Source: an uncultured Solirubrobacteraceae bacterium (lineage in GTDB: Bacteria > Actinomycetota > Thermoleophilia > Solirubrobacterales > Solirubrobacteraceae). From it: a stretch of DNA of 64,000 nt. The number at the start of each line of letters is the position of its first letter. The stretch's first letter is position 1. Shown piece after piece: positions 56,097 to 64,000 of this stretch. The position numbers and the translations under genes were made by a program. The notes beneath the pieces are model-generated. The model worked only from the letters and a program-made list of their open reading frames with translations. It did not search any database and was not told the DNA's origin. Location of the stretch: NCBI GenBank assembly GCA_963831105.1, contig CAWHOS010000006.1:39107-103106 (forward strand), written 5' to 3'.

Positions 56097-57186
56097 ATGC
56101 CCGCGAACCGCCCCCCGAAGATCCTGGTCGTCGGCGGTGGTGTCGCCGGCCTCGAGACGGTTCTGGCGCTGCAGTCGCTCGCACCGGGCTGGTTCGACAT
56201 CGACGATGCTCGCGCCGGAGCGCCACTTCGTTCACAGGCCGCCCACGATGGGCGCGCCGTTCGAGCCGATCAGGACGTTGCGCTCCGAGCTCTCCGCGAT
56301 CGCCGAGGACCGCGGCTTCGACCTGACTCGCGACGCCCTCGAACGCGTCGACGCCGCCGGCCACGAGGCGGTCACCCAGGGCGGGGATCGGATGGCCTAC
56401 GACGTGCTCGTCCTCGCGCTCGGCGCACGGCCGGTGGCGGCCGTCCACGGTGCGCTTCCGTTCCGCGGCTGGCAGGACGCGGCCGCCGTCGAGGACGCGC
56501 TGGAGAGCATCGGCTCGGGTCCTACTCGCATCGCGTATGTCGCTCGCTCGGCCGCCACGTGGACGCTTCCGCTGTACGAGCTCGCGCTGCAGACCGGGGC
56601 CTGGGCGAGGGAGCGCGACGTCGTCGCCGACGTCCTGCTCGCGACGGAGAGCTCGAGCCGCTAGAGGCGTTCGGATCGCGTGCGAGCAGGCAGGTCGCCG
56701 ACCTCTTGCGGGCGGACGACGTGCGTTTCATCCCGGGCGCCGAGGTCGACCGCGTACAGGACGGCTGTCTGCGCATCGGACCAGAGGGCTCGATCCGTGT
56801 GGACCTCGCGGTCGCCCTTCCGGTTCTGCTCGGGCCGGCGGTGCCCGGCGTGCCGCATGACCTCGGGGGATTCACCTCGGTCGACGAACGGGGCCGGGTC
56901 TGCGGACTCGATGACGTCTACGCCGTCGGCGACATGACCAGCCGGCCGCTCAAGCAGGGCGGACTCGCCGCGCAGCAGGCCAACGTCGCCGCCAGCGCGA
57001 TCGGGGCTTCGGCCGGCGCGCCGGTCCGCGTCCAGCCGTACCGGCCGGTGCTGCGCGCGACGCTGCTCAGCGGTCGGGCGCCGCTGCACCTGCGAAACCC
57101 GCCGGCGGAGGACGAGGTGGTCGCTCCGCGACAGCCGCCTCGCCGAGTACCTCGCCGCGCACGGGGAGCTGCAGGCCGTCCACTGA
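56097..57186 (+). pseudogene. FAD-dependent oxidoreductase (SQR/NDH-2-like), paralogue of 52207..53463, three frame disruptions
   Basis: MPANRPPKILVVGGGVAGLET..., then MLAPERHFVHRPP...TLPLYELAL..., then ELEPLEAFGSRASRQ...YAVGDMT..., then WSLRDSRLAEYLAAHGELQAVH-stop. The breaks are at about 56205 (+1), 56649 (-1) and 57117 (+1). Confidence 0.7.
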
Positions 57187-57210
57187 CCGGGCCGCCGGTA
57201 AGGTCGCTCC

Positions 57211-57857
57211 ATGGCGGCCACCGAGGACGAGGCTCGAGCCATCAACATCGTCCTCGCCGACGACCACGTGGTCGTTCGAGCCGGGCTGCGGCTGCTGCTC
57301 CAAGGTGAGGAGACCATGCACGTCGTCGGCGAAGCCGGCGATGTCCCCGGCGCGCTGCGGCTGGTCGAGACGAGGCGTCCCGACGTGCTCGTGCTCGACC
57401 TCAACATGCCCGGCCCGCCGAGCCTGTCGGTGATCGCCGAGGTCAAGGACAAGTGCGCCGTCGTGGTCCTGACCATGCAGAGCGACCCCGCCTTCGCCCG
57501 CGAGGCGCTGCAAGCCGGCGCGCGCGCCTACGTCCTCAAGGAGGCAGCCGGCGCGGAGCTCTTGACCGCCGTCAGGATGGCGGCCGCCGGCGGGACCTAT
57601 CTGAACCCGCAGCTCGGTGCTCGCATGGCCGCCGAACCCTCCGCCGCCGCCGAGGTGGCGGACGACCTCAGCCCGCGGGAGGTCGAGGTCCTGCGCCTGA
57701 TCGCCCTCGGGCACACCAATGCCGAGATCGGCGAGCAGCTCTTCCTCAGCGTGCGGACGGTCGAGACGCACCGCTCGCACATCCAGCGCAAGCTCAACCT
57801 CACGACGCGCGCCGACTCGTGGGCTACGCGCTCGAGCACGGGCTGCTCGAGACCTGA
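57211..57857 (+). CDS. NarL/FixJ-family response regulator (DevR-like), apparent -1 frameshift at about 57816
   Basis: Receiver domain (VLADDH, DVLVLDLNMP, VVVLT) and LuxR HTH (LSPREVEVLRLIALGHTNAEIGEQLFLSVRTVETHRSHIQRKL). The family-typical end RADLVGYALEHGLLET-stop is in the -1 frame. Confidence 0.75.
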
Positions 57858-57942
57858 GCTCCATCGCTGCGGACAATCCGCACCCGCCCTGCGTGGGACT
57901 TCGGATGTGCGTCTGCGCTCGGCGCGCGAGGCTGCGACTCGC

Positions 57943-58560
57943 ATGCACGAATCGCAAACAGGAACCGTTGACCTGTATTGGATTCCGCTCGGCGCCGGCG
58001 GTCATCTCGTTCGCTTCAACGGCCGCGTCTTCGAGGCGATAGAAGCCGCGCGCAAGCACCGGGGACGATGCGACCTCTACCACGCGGCACTCGTCGTCGA
58101 GCTCGACGACGACAGCTACACGATCGAAGTCGCTCCTTCGCCGGACGCGGACGGCGCGAACCGTGGCGTCGTCGCCACCGGCGCCGTCGGGAGCCGCTAC
58201 GCCGGCTGGTTGCGCATCTTCCGCTACGAGGTTCGCTGCTGGCGTGGCGGGTCGATTCCCGATCTCGGCGACGCGGTCGACGGGCCCCGAAGGCTCAGCT
58301 GCGATCCGCGGGTCGCCCTCCGGCTGCTCGACGCCGTCACGCACGTACCCACGCCCGTCTGGGGGCGCGACGAGCTCGAAGCGGGCGAGATGTGGAACTC
58401 GAACTCGGTGGCCTCGTGGCTGATCGCCACGGCCGGCCTGTCCGCGGACCTCATTCAACCGCCGCTGCACGGCCGCGCGCCGGGTTGGTCCGCGGGCCTC
58501 GAGGTGGCTCGGCGAGGTGGCCATGTCGCTCCTCGCATCGTCTTCCAGCCAGTGACGTGA
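57943..58560 (+). CDS. conserved hypothetical protein
   Basis: 205 aa (DLYWIPLGAGGHLVRFNG...GEMWNSNS...GRAPGWSAG). Balanced composition. It lies in the same frame as the shifted response-regulator read-through ORF but is a separate gene. Confidence 0.6.
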   Translation: MHESQTGTVDLYWIPLGAGGHLVRFNGRVFEAIEAARKHRGRCDLYHAALVVELDDDSYTIEVAPSPDADGANRGVVATGAVGSRYAGWLRIFRYEVRCWRGGSIPDLGDAVDGPRRLSCDPRVALRLLDAVTHVPTPVWGRDELEAGEMWNSNSVASWLIATAGLSADLIQPPLHGRAPGWSAGLEVARRGGHVAPRIVFQPVT

Positions 58561-58564
58561 GTTC

Positions 58565-59422
58565 GTGACCCCCGACCACCATCGCTTCTCCCCATCGGCA
58601 TCGCCGAGGTACTTCGACCCCGCATCGCTGAAGTCGCTCGAAGAGCCGGTGCAGCGGTACCTCAACCACGCGCTCGCACCCGGAGCGGTCGTCGCCGACC
58701 GTCGGCGGTTGAGCATGGCCGGGCGCATCGACGTCGGTCGCTGGCTCGCGTTCGACGCAGTCCAGGAGATGTCGCGTGACGACCACGGCTTCACGTGGAC
58801 CGCCCGGGCGGGGATCGGCGCCCTTCGGCCGCTGCGGGTCGTCGACCGCTACAGGCTCGGCACCGGCTCCACCGAGGGGCGCCTCCTCGGCCTCCTCCGG
58901 TTCATGCACGCCGATGACCAGAACACCGCGCGCTCGGCTGCCGGCCGCGCGGCTGCCGAGAGCATCATGGACCCTGCGAGCCTGCTACCCGACAACGGCG
59001 TGAGCTGGCGAGCTGAGCGCGACGACCTCATCGTCGCGCGCTTCGACGTGCCACCCGAAAGAGCCGAGGTCCGGTTGCGCATCGGCACCACCGGCGCACT
59101 CCGCTCCGTGCAGATCATGCGCTGGGGAAACGCCGGACAGGAGGGATTCGGCTACATCCCGTTCGGCGGCGACATCCACGCCGAACGGCGGTTCGAAGAC
59201 CTTGTCCTTCCGAGCGAGCTCACGATCGGATGGCGGTACGGGACGGCACGCTACAGGCCGTTCTTCCAGGCCACGATCCATGAGGCGCACGTCGTGAATC
59301 CCGCGGACAACTACGGAGGCCGCGGAGGGACTCGAACCGATGTGACCTCCTCCGATCGGCGCGAGAGTGGCGAGCATGATCAAGACCGACCAGCGGCACT
59401 GCATCCACGTCCGCCCGGATGA
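58565..59422 (+). CDS. hypothetical protein (DUF6544-like, tentative)
   Basis: 285 aa. The GTG lies 5 nt after the upstream stop. Contains PVQRYLNHAL and HGFTWTARAG segments. Confidence 0.55.
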   Translation: MTPDHHRFSPSASPRYFDPASLKSLEEPVQRYLNHALAPGAVVADRRRLSMAGRIDVGRWLAFDAVQEMSRDDHGFTWTARAGIGALRPLRVVDRYRLGTGSTEGRLLGLLRFMHADDQNTARSAAGRAAAESIMDPASLLPDNGVSWRAERDDLIVARFDVPPERAEVRLRIGTTGALRSVQIMRWGNAGQEGFGYIPFGGDIHAERRFEDLVLPSELTIGWRYGTARYRPFFQATIHEAHVVNPADNYGGRGGTRTDVTSSDRRESGEHDQDRPAALHPRPPG

Positions 59423-59594
59423 ACACGGTGATTGGACCGTTCAGTCCGATGAGAGCGACGATGCCGCTTCAGTCCATGGAGACGCCTCTGCAGCGGCGCG
59501 TTCCGCGGAACGCTATGCAGGCACCTGCGGCGCGGAGCTCGTGGTCGTCCACGATCTCTACGCGAATCTGCACGTGACCGTTGTCCGCGCATGA
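59367..59594 (+). CDS. small DUF2188-like protein
   Basis: IHVRPDEHGDWTVQSDE...AARSAERYA...ELVVVHD resembles the DUF2188 pattern. Overlaps the upstream ORF by 56 nt (47 nt if ATG 59376 is used). Confidence 0.45.
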   Translation: MASMIKTDQRHCIHVRPDEHGDWTVQSDESDDAASVHGDASAAARSAERYAGTCGAELVVVHDLYANLHVTVVRA

Positions 59595-59819
59595 CCGCTT
59601 CGATGTGGGCCAGACTCCCGCAACAGCCAACCTGAACGCGCGGTCGCGAAGGAGCGGCTCGCCGCGGCGCTGGACCTTGACCCGTTCCCATGGGGTAGCG
59701 TCGGCGTTGGACCTGAGACCCCGCTCGAGTAGGGACGATGTCCGGCACGCCGGTTGGAGCTGGGACCGCGGCCGACGCGACGGCGCGTCGTCCACTATGA
59801 GCCATTCGAGGAGGCGCCG

Positions 59820-60305
59820 ATGACGAGCAAGACCGAGTTCAGCGATGAGGAGTGGACACGGCTCAAGCGAGCGCCGTTCGTGGCCGGGATGGCGATCTCA
59901 CTCGCTGATCCCGGCGGCCCGATCGAGGTCGTCAAGGAGACCGCGGCGACGCTGAAGACCGTGCGCGAGGCGGCGGCCTCGGGCGGACGCGGAGAGCTGG
60001 TCGACGGCGTCGCCCGGGACGTCGTCGCGGACGCTCAAATGCGCAAGAGCCCGCTCCGCGACTTCAAGCCCAAGGGCGCGCTGGCCGGCCAGGAGATCCT
60101 CGAGGAGCTCGCCGAGGTCAATCGCATCGTGTCCGAGAAGGCCACGCCGGAAGAGGCGGACGCATACCGCGAGTGGCTCCGCGCTGCCGCCCAGGAGGCC
60201 GCGAACGCGGCCAAGGAGGGAGGGTTCATGGGCTTCCACGCGCAACGCGTGAGCGAGGGCGAGCAGCGGATGCTCGACAAGCTCGCCGAGGTCCTCCCGC
60301 GGTAA
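59820..60305 (+). CDS. hypothetical protein (helical, TerB-like flavour)
   Basis: GAGGAGG lies 5 nt before the ATG. 161 aa (FSDEEWTRLKRAPFVAGMAISLAD...). Confidence 0.6.
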   Translation: MTSKTEFSDEEWTRLKRAPFVAGMAISLADPGGPIEVVKETAATLKTVREAAASGGRGELVDGVARDVVADAQMRKSPLRDFKPKGALAGQEILEELAEVNRIVSEKATPEEADAYREWLRAAAQEAANAAKEGGFMGFHAQRVSEGEQRMLDKLAEVLPR

Positions 60306-60656
60306 GAGCGAAGCCTCGCGGCGGTCTGGGCCAACTTCGCTGCTCTGGGCCATCGCCGGCTGATCTACACCAACACGCTGAGCGTCCTACCGGACATGAC
60401 GGGCATGTTCGAGCGCGCGATCGGCATCGACGTCCGCCTCATACGGGTCCTGCTCACCGCATCCGACACGACTGCTCGTGCGCGACTGACGGGCCGCGAG
60501 CTGGGGTCCGAGCTGGAGGACGGACTGAGGACGAGCGCCGAACGGTCCCGGCTCCTGGACAGCCAGGTGCCGTCGGGAGCGGTGCGGATCGTCACCGATG
60601 AACGATCCGTGGTGGACGTCGCGCGCGAGGTCGTGGCCGCGACCGGCTGGACCTAG
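60306..60656 (+). pseudogene. 3' remnant of a P-loop kinase/ATPase-like gene (N-terminal half missing)
   Basis: An in-frame protein-like sequence starts directly after the upstream TAA (AAVWANFAALGHRRLIYTNTLSV...IRVLLTASDTTARARLTGRE...). There is no P-loop and no room for one. Confidence 0.4.
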
Positions 60657-61560
60657 CCGCGCGTCCGCTCGAGGCTGCCGATCGCGGCGTGCACCGCGCC
60701 GAGGGCGCGGGTCGTCCCGCGGGCGGAGAGGTAGATCGACAGCAGCGTGGCGGTGATGGCGGCCTCGCCGAGGCCGGAGCGTGTGGGATGCGGCATACCG
60801 AGGAGTCTCCGGGGAGGCCCGTCGCCTGGCCATGGACCGCTGGACAGGACCGCGCGGCCCACGGTCGGCCCGACTGTCGGGCATGAGCAGCCATGCCTCG
60901 CCGGGCGGGAGGTCCACCTCCGCCGCGTCGACCGTGCGCTGGATGAACGCACGCGTGCGCTCGCGCCCGACGAGTCGGGCCAGCTCGCGCGTGAGCTCCT
61001 GCAGCGAGTCGCCGCTCGTGGGCGACGCGAATGCCTCGCCCACGCCGGCCGTCTCGACCGTCTGGCGCAGCGGCCGCTCCTCGATCAGCCAGGAGAGCAG
61101 GAACGCGAGCAGGACGATCGCCGCGGCGAAGAGGAAGACCGTGGAGAGCGCGTCGGTGAACGCGCTCGTGTAGCTGTCGCGGATCGCGGCGGGGAGCCGC
61201 TCGACGGAGCTGGGATCGATCGATCCGCTGCCGACCTGCGCGGCGGGTGACCCCGCGAGCTCGGTCGTGAGCCGGTTGGTGAAGATCGCTCCGAGCACCG
61301 CGGTACCGAGCGAGCCGCCCATGGAGCGGAACAGGGTCGCGCCCGAGGTCGCCACCCCGAGCTCGGCGTAGTCGACGGCGTTCTGCACGGCCAGCACGAG
61401 CACCTGCATCACGAGCCCGAGCCCGAGGCCCATCACGAACATCGCGGCCGTCGCGTACAGCGTCGAGGTCCCCGCGTCCAGGCGGGAGAGCAGCAGCATT
61501 CCGAGCGTCGCGATCGCCGTGCCGCGATCACGCCCACGAACCTACGCTCGGAGCAGACGG
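60653..61560 (-). pseudogene. 3' remnant of a DHA2 MFS transporter (last about 4-5 TM plus tail), frame-disrupted
   Basis: FVGVIAA, then TAIATLGMLLLSRLDAGTS...VMQVLVLAVQNAV...LFRSMGGSLGTAVLGAIF. The upstream TMs are absent because gene 61601..61996 abuts it. The C-terminal tail changes frame near 60890. Confidence 0.45.
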
Positions 61561-61600
61561 CGGAAGTTGCGAGCCGAAATCCGGCGGCCGCGGGTTCGAG

Positions 61601-61996
61601 TCAGGACGCGACCGGCGCCGCGGTGACCACCGTGACGTTCACGCCGAGCGCCCTCACGCGCGCGGGCAGCTCGTCGCGCAGCCAGCGCGAGCCACCCTCG
61701 GGCAACGTGGAGAGCAGGATCTCGTCGTACTCGCCCTCGCGCAGCGCGGCCACAATGCCGTCAAACGGATCGTCGCCCTCGGCGACGATCCCGTCGACGG
61801 GCACGCCGACCGACTTGGACAGCATCCGGCGCGCGCGGCGCAGCGTCCATGCCGCGACCTCCGGATCGCTCGCGTCGGGGATCAACAGCGCCAGCCGGCA
61901 CGGCCCCGCATCGCAGCGGGACCGCACCTCGTCGACGAGCGTCGGCGTGGCCACGGACTGGTGCGCGACGATCAGGACGTTTCTCGGGCGCGACAT
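61601..61996 (-). CDS. conserved hypothetical protein (USP/adenine-nucleotide alpha-hydrolase-like fold suspected)
   Basis: GGAGAGG lies 5 nt before the ATG. 131 aa (NVLIVAHQSVATPTLVDEV...YDEILLSTLP...SRWLRDELPARV). Confidence 0.6.
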   Translation of the reverse strand: MSRPRNVLIVAHQSVATPTLVDEVRSRCDAGPCRLALLIPDASDPEVAAWTLRRARRMLSKSVGVPVDGIVAEGDDPFDGIVAALREGEYDEILLSTLPEGGSRWLRDELPARVRALGVNVTVVTAAPVAS

Positions 61997-62239
61997 GTCA
62001 CCTCTCCGCTCGGAGAGGATGATCCGGGCGGCGGCGTCGAACAGCGCGAGGTGGGAGAACGCCTGATCGGATGGGCCGATCCTCCGCCGGACCTGGGGGG
62101 CGCTCAATGTGGCGCGCACCACCGCCGGCCGCGTGCCCGCATGACGACCGGTGATCGCGCAGCAATGGCGTGTTTCCAGCCCATGCGACGGGGTGCGTGC
62201 CCCCTTGCCAGGGTGCGCCGCCAGGGAGTTGGATCGCAT
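61997..62239 (-). pseudogene. decayed 3' remnant of a GH15 gene
   Basis: TGRHAG...DQAFSHLALFDAAARIILSER parallels the C terminus of the intact GH15 gene at 14334 (GTGRHLGNFPQAFSHLALIEAAGRIILAER). The body of the gene is absent. Confidence 0.5.
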
Positions 62240-62304
62240 CAGGCGCCGTCATGCGCGCCTGACAGCCGCTCGACCCAGGAACTGTCGCCCAGGAGGAGCC
62301 ATTC

Positions 62305-62772
62305 ATGTCCACGCGCGAGCCGGAAGAGGCGCCCAGCCACCACATGCCGGTGCTGGAGGAGGAGTACCACATGCCGGGCCGCCCGAGCCCATGGGAGGGC
62401 TGGGTGACGTTCGGCGCCCTCATGCTCGTGATACTCGGGGGCATCAACGCGTTGCAGGGCCTGCTGGCGCTGTTCGACGAGGGCTACTTCGTCGCCCAGG
62501 GCCAGGAGCTCGTGCTCGTCAGCTACGACGCCTGGGGCGTGATCCTGATCCTCTGGGGCATCGCGCTGCTCGCCGTCGGCGCCGGGCTGAACGCGCGTCG
62601 CGAGTGGGCCCGCTGGGCCGCGATCGTCGTCGTGACCCTCGACGTGATCCTGCAGGTGGGCTTCTTCCCCTCCTTGCCGCTGCTCGCGCTGTTCCTGATC
62701 ACGCTCGACGTGATCGTCGTCTACACGCTGACGGCGCGCTGGGAGGAGGCGCGCCGGCCGTCTCAGAGGTAG
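62305..62772 (+). CDS. small integral membrane protein (DUF7144-like, tentative)
   Basis: 155 aa, 4 TM (GWVTFGALMLVILGGINALQG...). Confidence 0.6.
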   Translation: MSTREPEEAPSHHMPVLEEEYHMPGRPSPWEGWVTFGALMLVILGGINALQGLLALFDEGYFVAQGQELVLVSYDAWGVILILWGIALLAVGAGLNARREWARWAAIVVVTLDVILQVGFFPSLPLLALFLITLDVIVVYTLTARWEEARRPSQR

Positions 62773-64000
62773 AAGGCGAGCCCGTCGCAGAGCCGGCTCT
62801 TGAGCTGCGCCACGGCGCCTGTGGGGGGCTCGCCCTGCTTGGAGCGCGCGATGTCGGGCGAGAACAGCTGCTCCTCGAAGCGCCGGGCCAGCTCGGCGCT
62901 GCGCGCCAGCAGCATCAGCTCGGAGTTGCGGTACAGCGCCCAGGCGTCGAGGTTGACCGTGCCGAAGCTGACCGTGTCGTCGGCGACGACGACCTTGGCG
63001 TGCACGACGGTGTCCGGGAGCTCCCACACCTCCACGCCGGCCGCCTGCAGGTCGGCGTAGTGGTGCTTGAGCGCCGCCGTGGCCGCGTGGTTGTTGGAGC
63101 GCTCGGAGACGACGAGCCGCACTCTCACGCCGTTGCCGGCGGCGCTGAGGATCCGCCCGAGCATGTCGCGGTCGGTGACGTAGGGGTTGATGATGTCGAG
63201 CCGCTCGCGCGCGCCCGCGATCTGATCCGCGATCGCCTGCGCCGCGGCGACGAAGCCGCCGGGGAGGCACTGGGCGAGCACGATCGGCGTGCCGCCGCGG
63301 TCGTCCGGGACCGGGAAGGCGGGGGAGAGGTCGGCCGGCAGCGCGCCGCCGTAGCCGTGGAAGCTCGTGAGGAACGCCGCCTGCAGCTGGCGCACGACGT
63401 CGCCGGTGACGCGGACCATCACGTCGTGGAAGCGGCCGTCGTGGAAGTGGTCCTCCAGCCCGGCTCCGCCCGTCCAGCCCACGCGGCCGTCGACGACGTA
63501 GAGCTTGCGGTGGTCGCTGCGGCCGAGCTCGTCGTGGCGCCAGTCGACGCGCTGGCCATCCGGGAACAGGCCGTCGCGGTCAGGCGGCAGCACGTCGTTG
63601 ACCACGATCCGGGCGCCTGCCGCGGCGAGGCGCGTGAACATCGGCCGGGCCGCGCCGTAGGGCCGCGATCCGAGCCCGTCGACGATCACGCGCACCTCCA
63701 CGCCCTGGTGGAGCTTGCGTTCGAGCAGGGCGGCCATCCGTGTGCCGATCTCACCCTCGCGCCAGCCGAACATCAGGATGTGCACCGAGCTCCGCGCCGC
63801 CTCGACGTCATCGAGGATGAGCGGGAAGAAGCTCGTTCCGTCGATCCATGGCTCGACGGTCGCCGCGGTGCTCCACGCGAACTCGAGCCTCGCGTCGCGC
63901 GGGCGCCCGCGCGCCCGCGCGCCGAACGCCTCCGTCGCCGCCAGGGCGCCGTCCGGCGTGACCGCGCCGGTCCCGGGTGGCCAGCAGTCGCGCTGCTCGA
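62763..64000 (-). CDS. phospholipase D / cardiolipin synthase-family protein (5' end outside window)
   Basis: Two HKD motifs (HRKLYVVDGRVGWTGGAG and HAKVVVADDTVSFGTVNLD). The reading frame stays open and protein-like up to nt 64000. Confidence 0.8.
   Translation of the reverse strand, partial: EQRDCWPPGTGAVTPDGALAATEAFGARARGRPRDARLEFAWSTAATVEPWIDGTSFFPLILDDVEAARSSVHILMFGWREGEIGTRMAALLERKLHQGVEVRVIVDGLGSRPYGAARPMFTRLAAAGARIVVNDVLPPDRDGLFPDGQRVDWRHDELGRSDHRKLYVVDGRVGWTGGAGLEDHFHDGRFHDVMVRVTGDVVRQLQAAFLTSFHGYGGALPADLSPAFPVPDDRGGTPIVLAQCLPGGFVAAAQAIADQIAGARERLDIINPYVTDRDMLGRILSAAGNGVRVRLVVSERSNNHAATAALKHHYADLQAAGVEVWELPDTVVHAKVVVADDTVSFGTVNLDAWALYRNSELMLLARSAELARRFEEQLFSPDIARSKQGEPPTGAVAQLKSRLCDGLAFYL

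Noticed and set aside
54858-57308. 816-aa plus-strand ORF spanning the DevS-like gene antisense and the SQR-like paralogue
   Set aside because: Only two short segments are protein-like (MPANRPPKILVVGGG... and ELEPLEAFGSRAS...YAVGDMT...). They belong to the frameshifted flavoprotein gene at 56097..57186. The first 1.2 kb is antisense to the kinase.
57211-58560. 449-aa ORF suggesting a response regulator fused to a C-terminal domain
   Set aside because: The canonical LuxR-family C terminus (RADLVGYALEHGLLET-stop) is present in the -1 frame at 57816-57857. The linker in the fused reading is non-protein-like, and the downstream part has its own ATG at 57943. I interpret this as a frameshift artefact joining two genes.
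61579-61603. GGGTTCGAGTC, resembling a tRNA T-arm/T-loop, which could mark an integration site
   Set aside because: The 3' side (CAGGA) cannot pair with the 5' side (GCGGG), and no acceptor or anticodon stem can be drawn. The string overlaps the stop codon of gene 61601..61996.

Overview
High-GC (about 70 %+) actinobacterial-type chromosomal DNA. I saw no rRNA, tRNA, CRISPR array, transposase or integrase. About 60 protein-coding units can be supported.

Gene content, left to right:
- gntP-gntK.
- A 10.8-kb string of eight translationally coupled genes: zwf, GMC oxidoreductase, ndh, cydA, cydB, MFS pump, CPA2 antiporter, DUF2254.
- GH15 glycosidase and a PrsW protease.
- An S53 peptidase behind an orphan histidine kinase.
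- A glutamate decarboxylase island flanked by two large MalT/LAL-type LuxR regulators.
- A quinate/shikimate catabolic cluster with a duplicated 22-bp operator.
- Two paralogous DUF2294 + coiled-coil RsbW-like kinase (+/- STAS) modules, next to a pseudo-receiver ANTAR regulator.
- A redox/hypoxia-type locus: two-TM paralogues, Zn-ADH, a three-domain NirK-like copper protein, and a DevS/DevR-like two-component system flanked by two SQR-like flavoproteins.
- A zone of gene remnants (60.3-62.2 kb).
- A PLD-family gene running off the right edge.

Cross-cutting observations:
1. At least 16 single-nucleotide frame disruptions. Eleven fall in four genes: cydA, cydB and the two SQR-like paralogues.
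2. A recurrent GGATGA-containing palindrome lies upstream of at least seven transcription units in the first 31 kb.
3. My best candidate for an undescribed system is the duplicated DUF2294 / RsbW-like / STAS module. It has no sigma factor or phosphatase partner in the window.

Limits: many long ORFs in the six-frame track are antisense or read-through artefacts of the GC bias and are not reported as genes. All family assignments come from motif recognition by eye, not from database searches.
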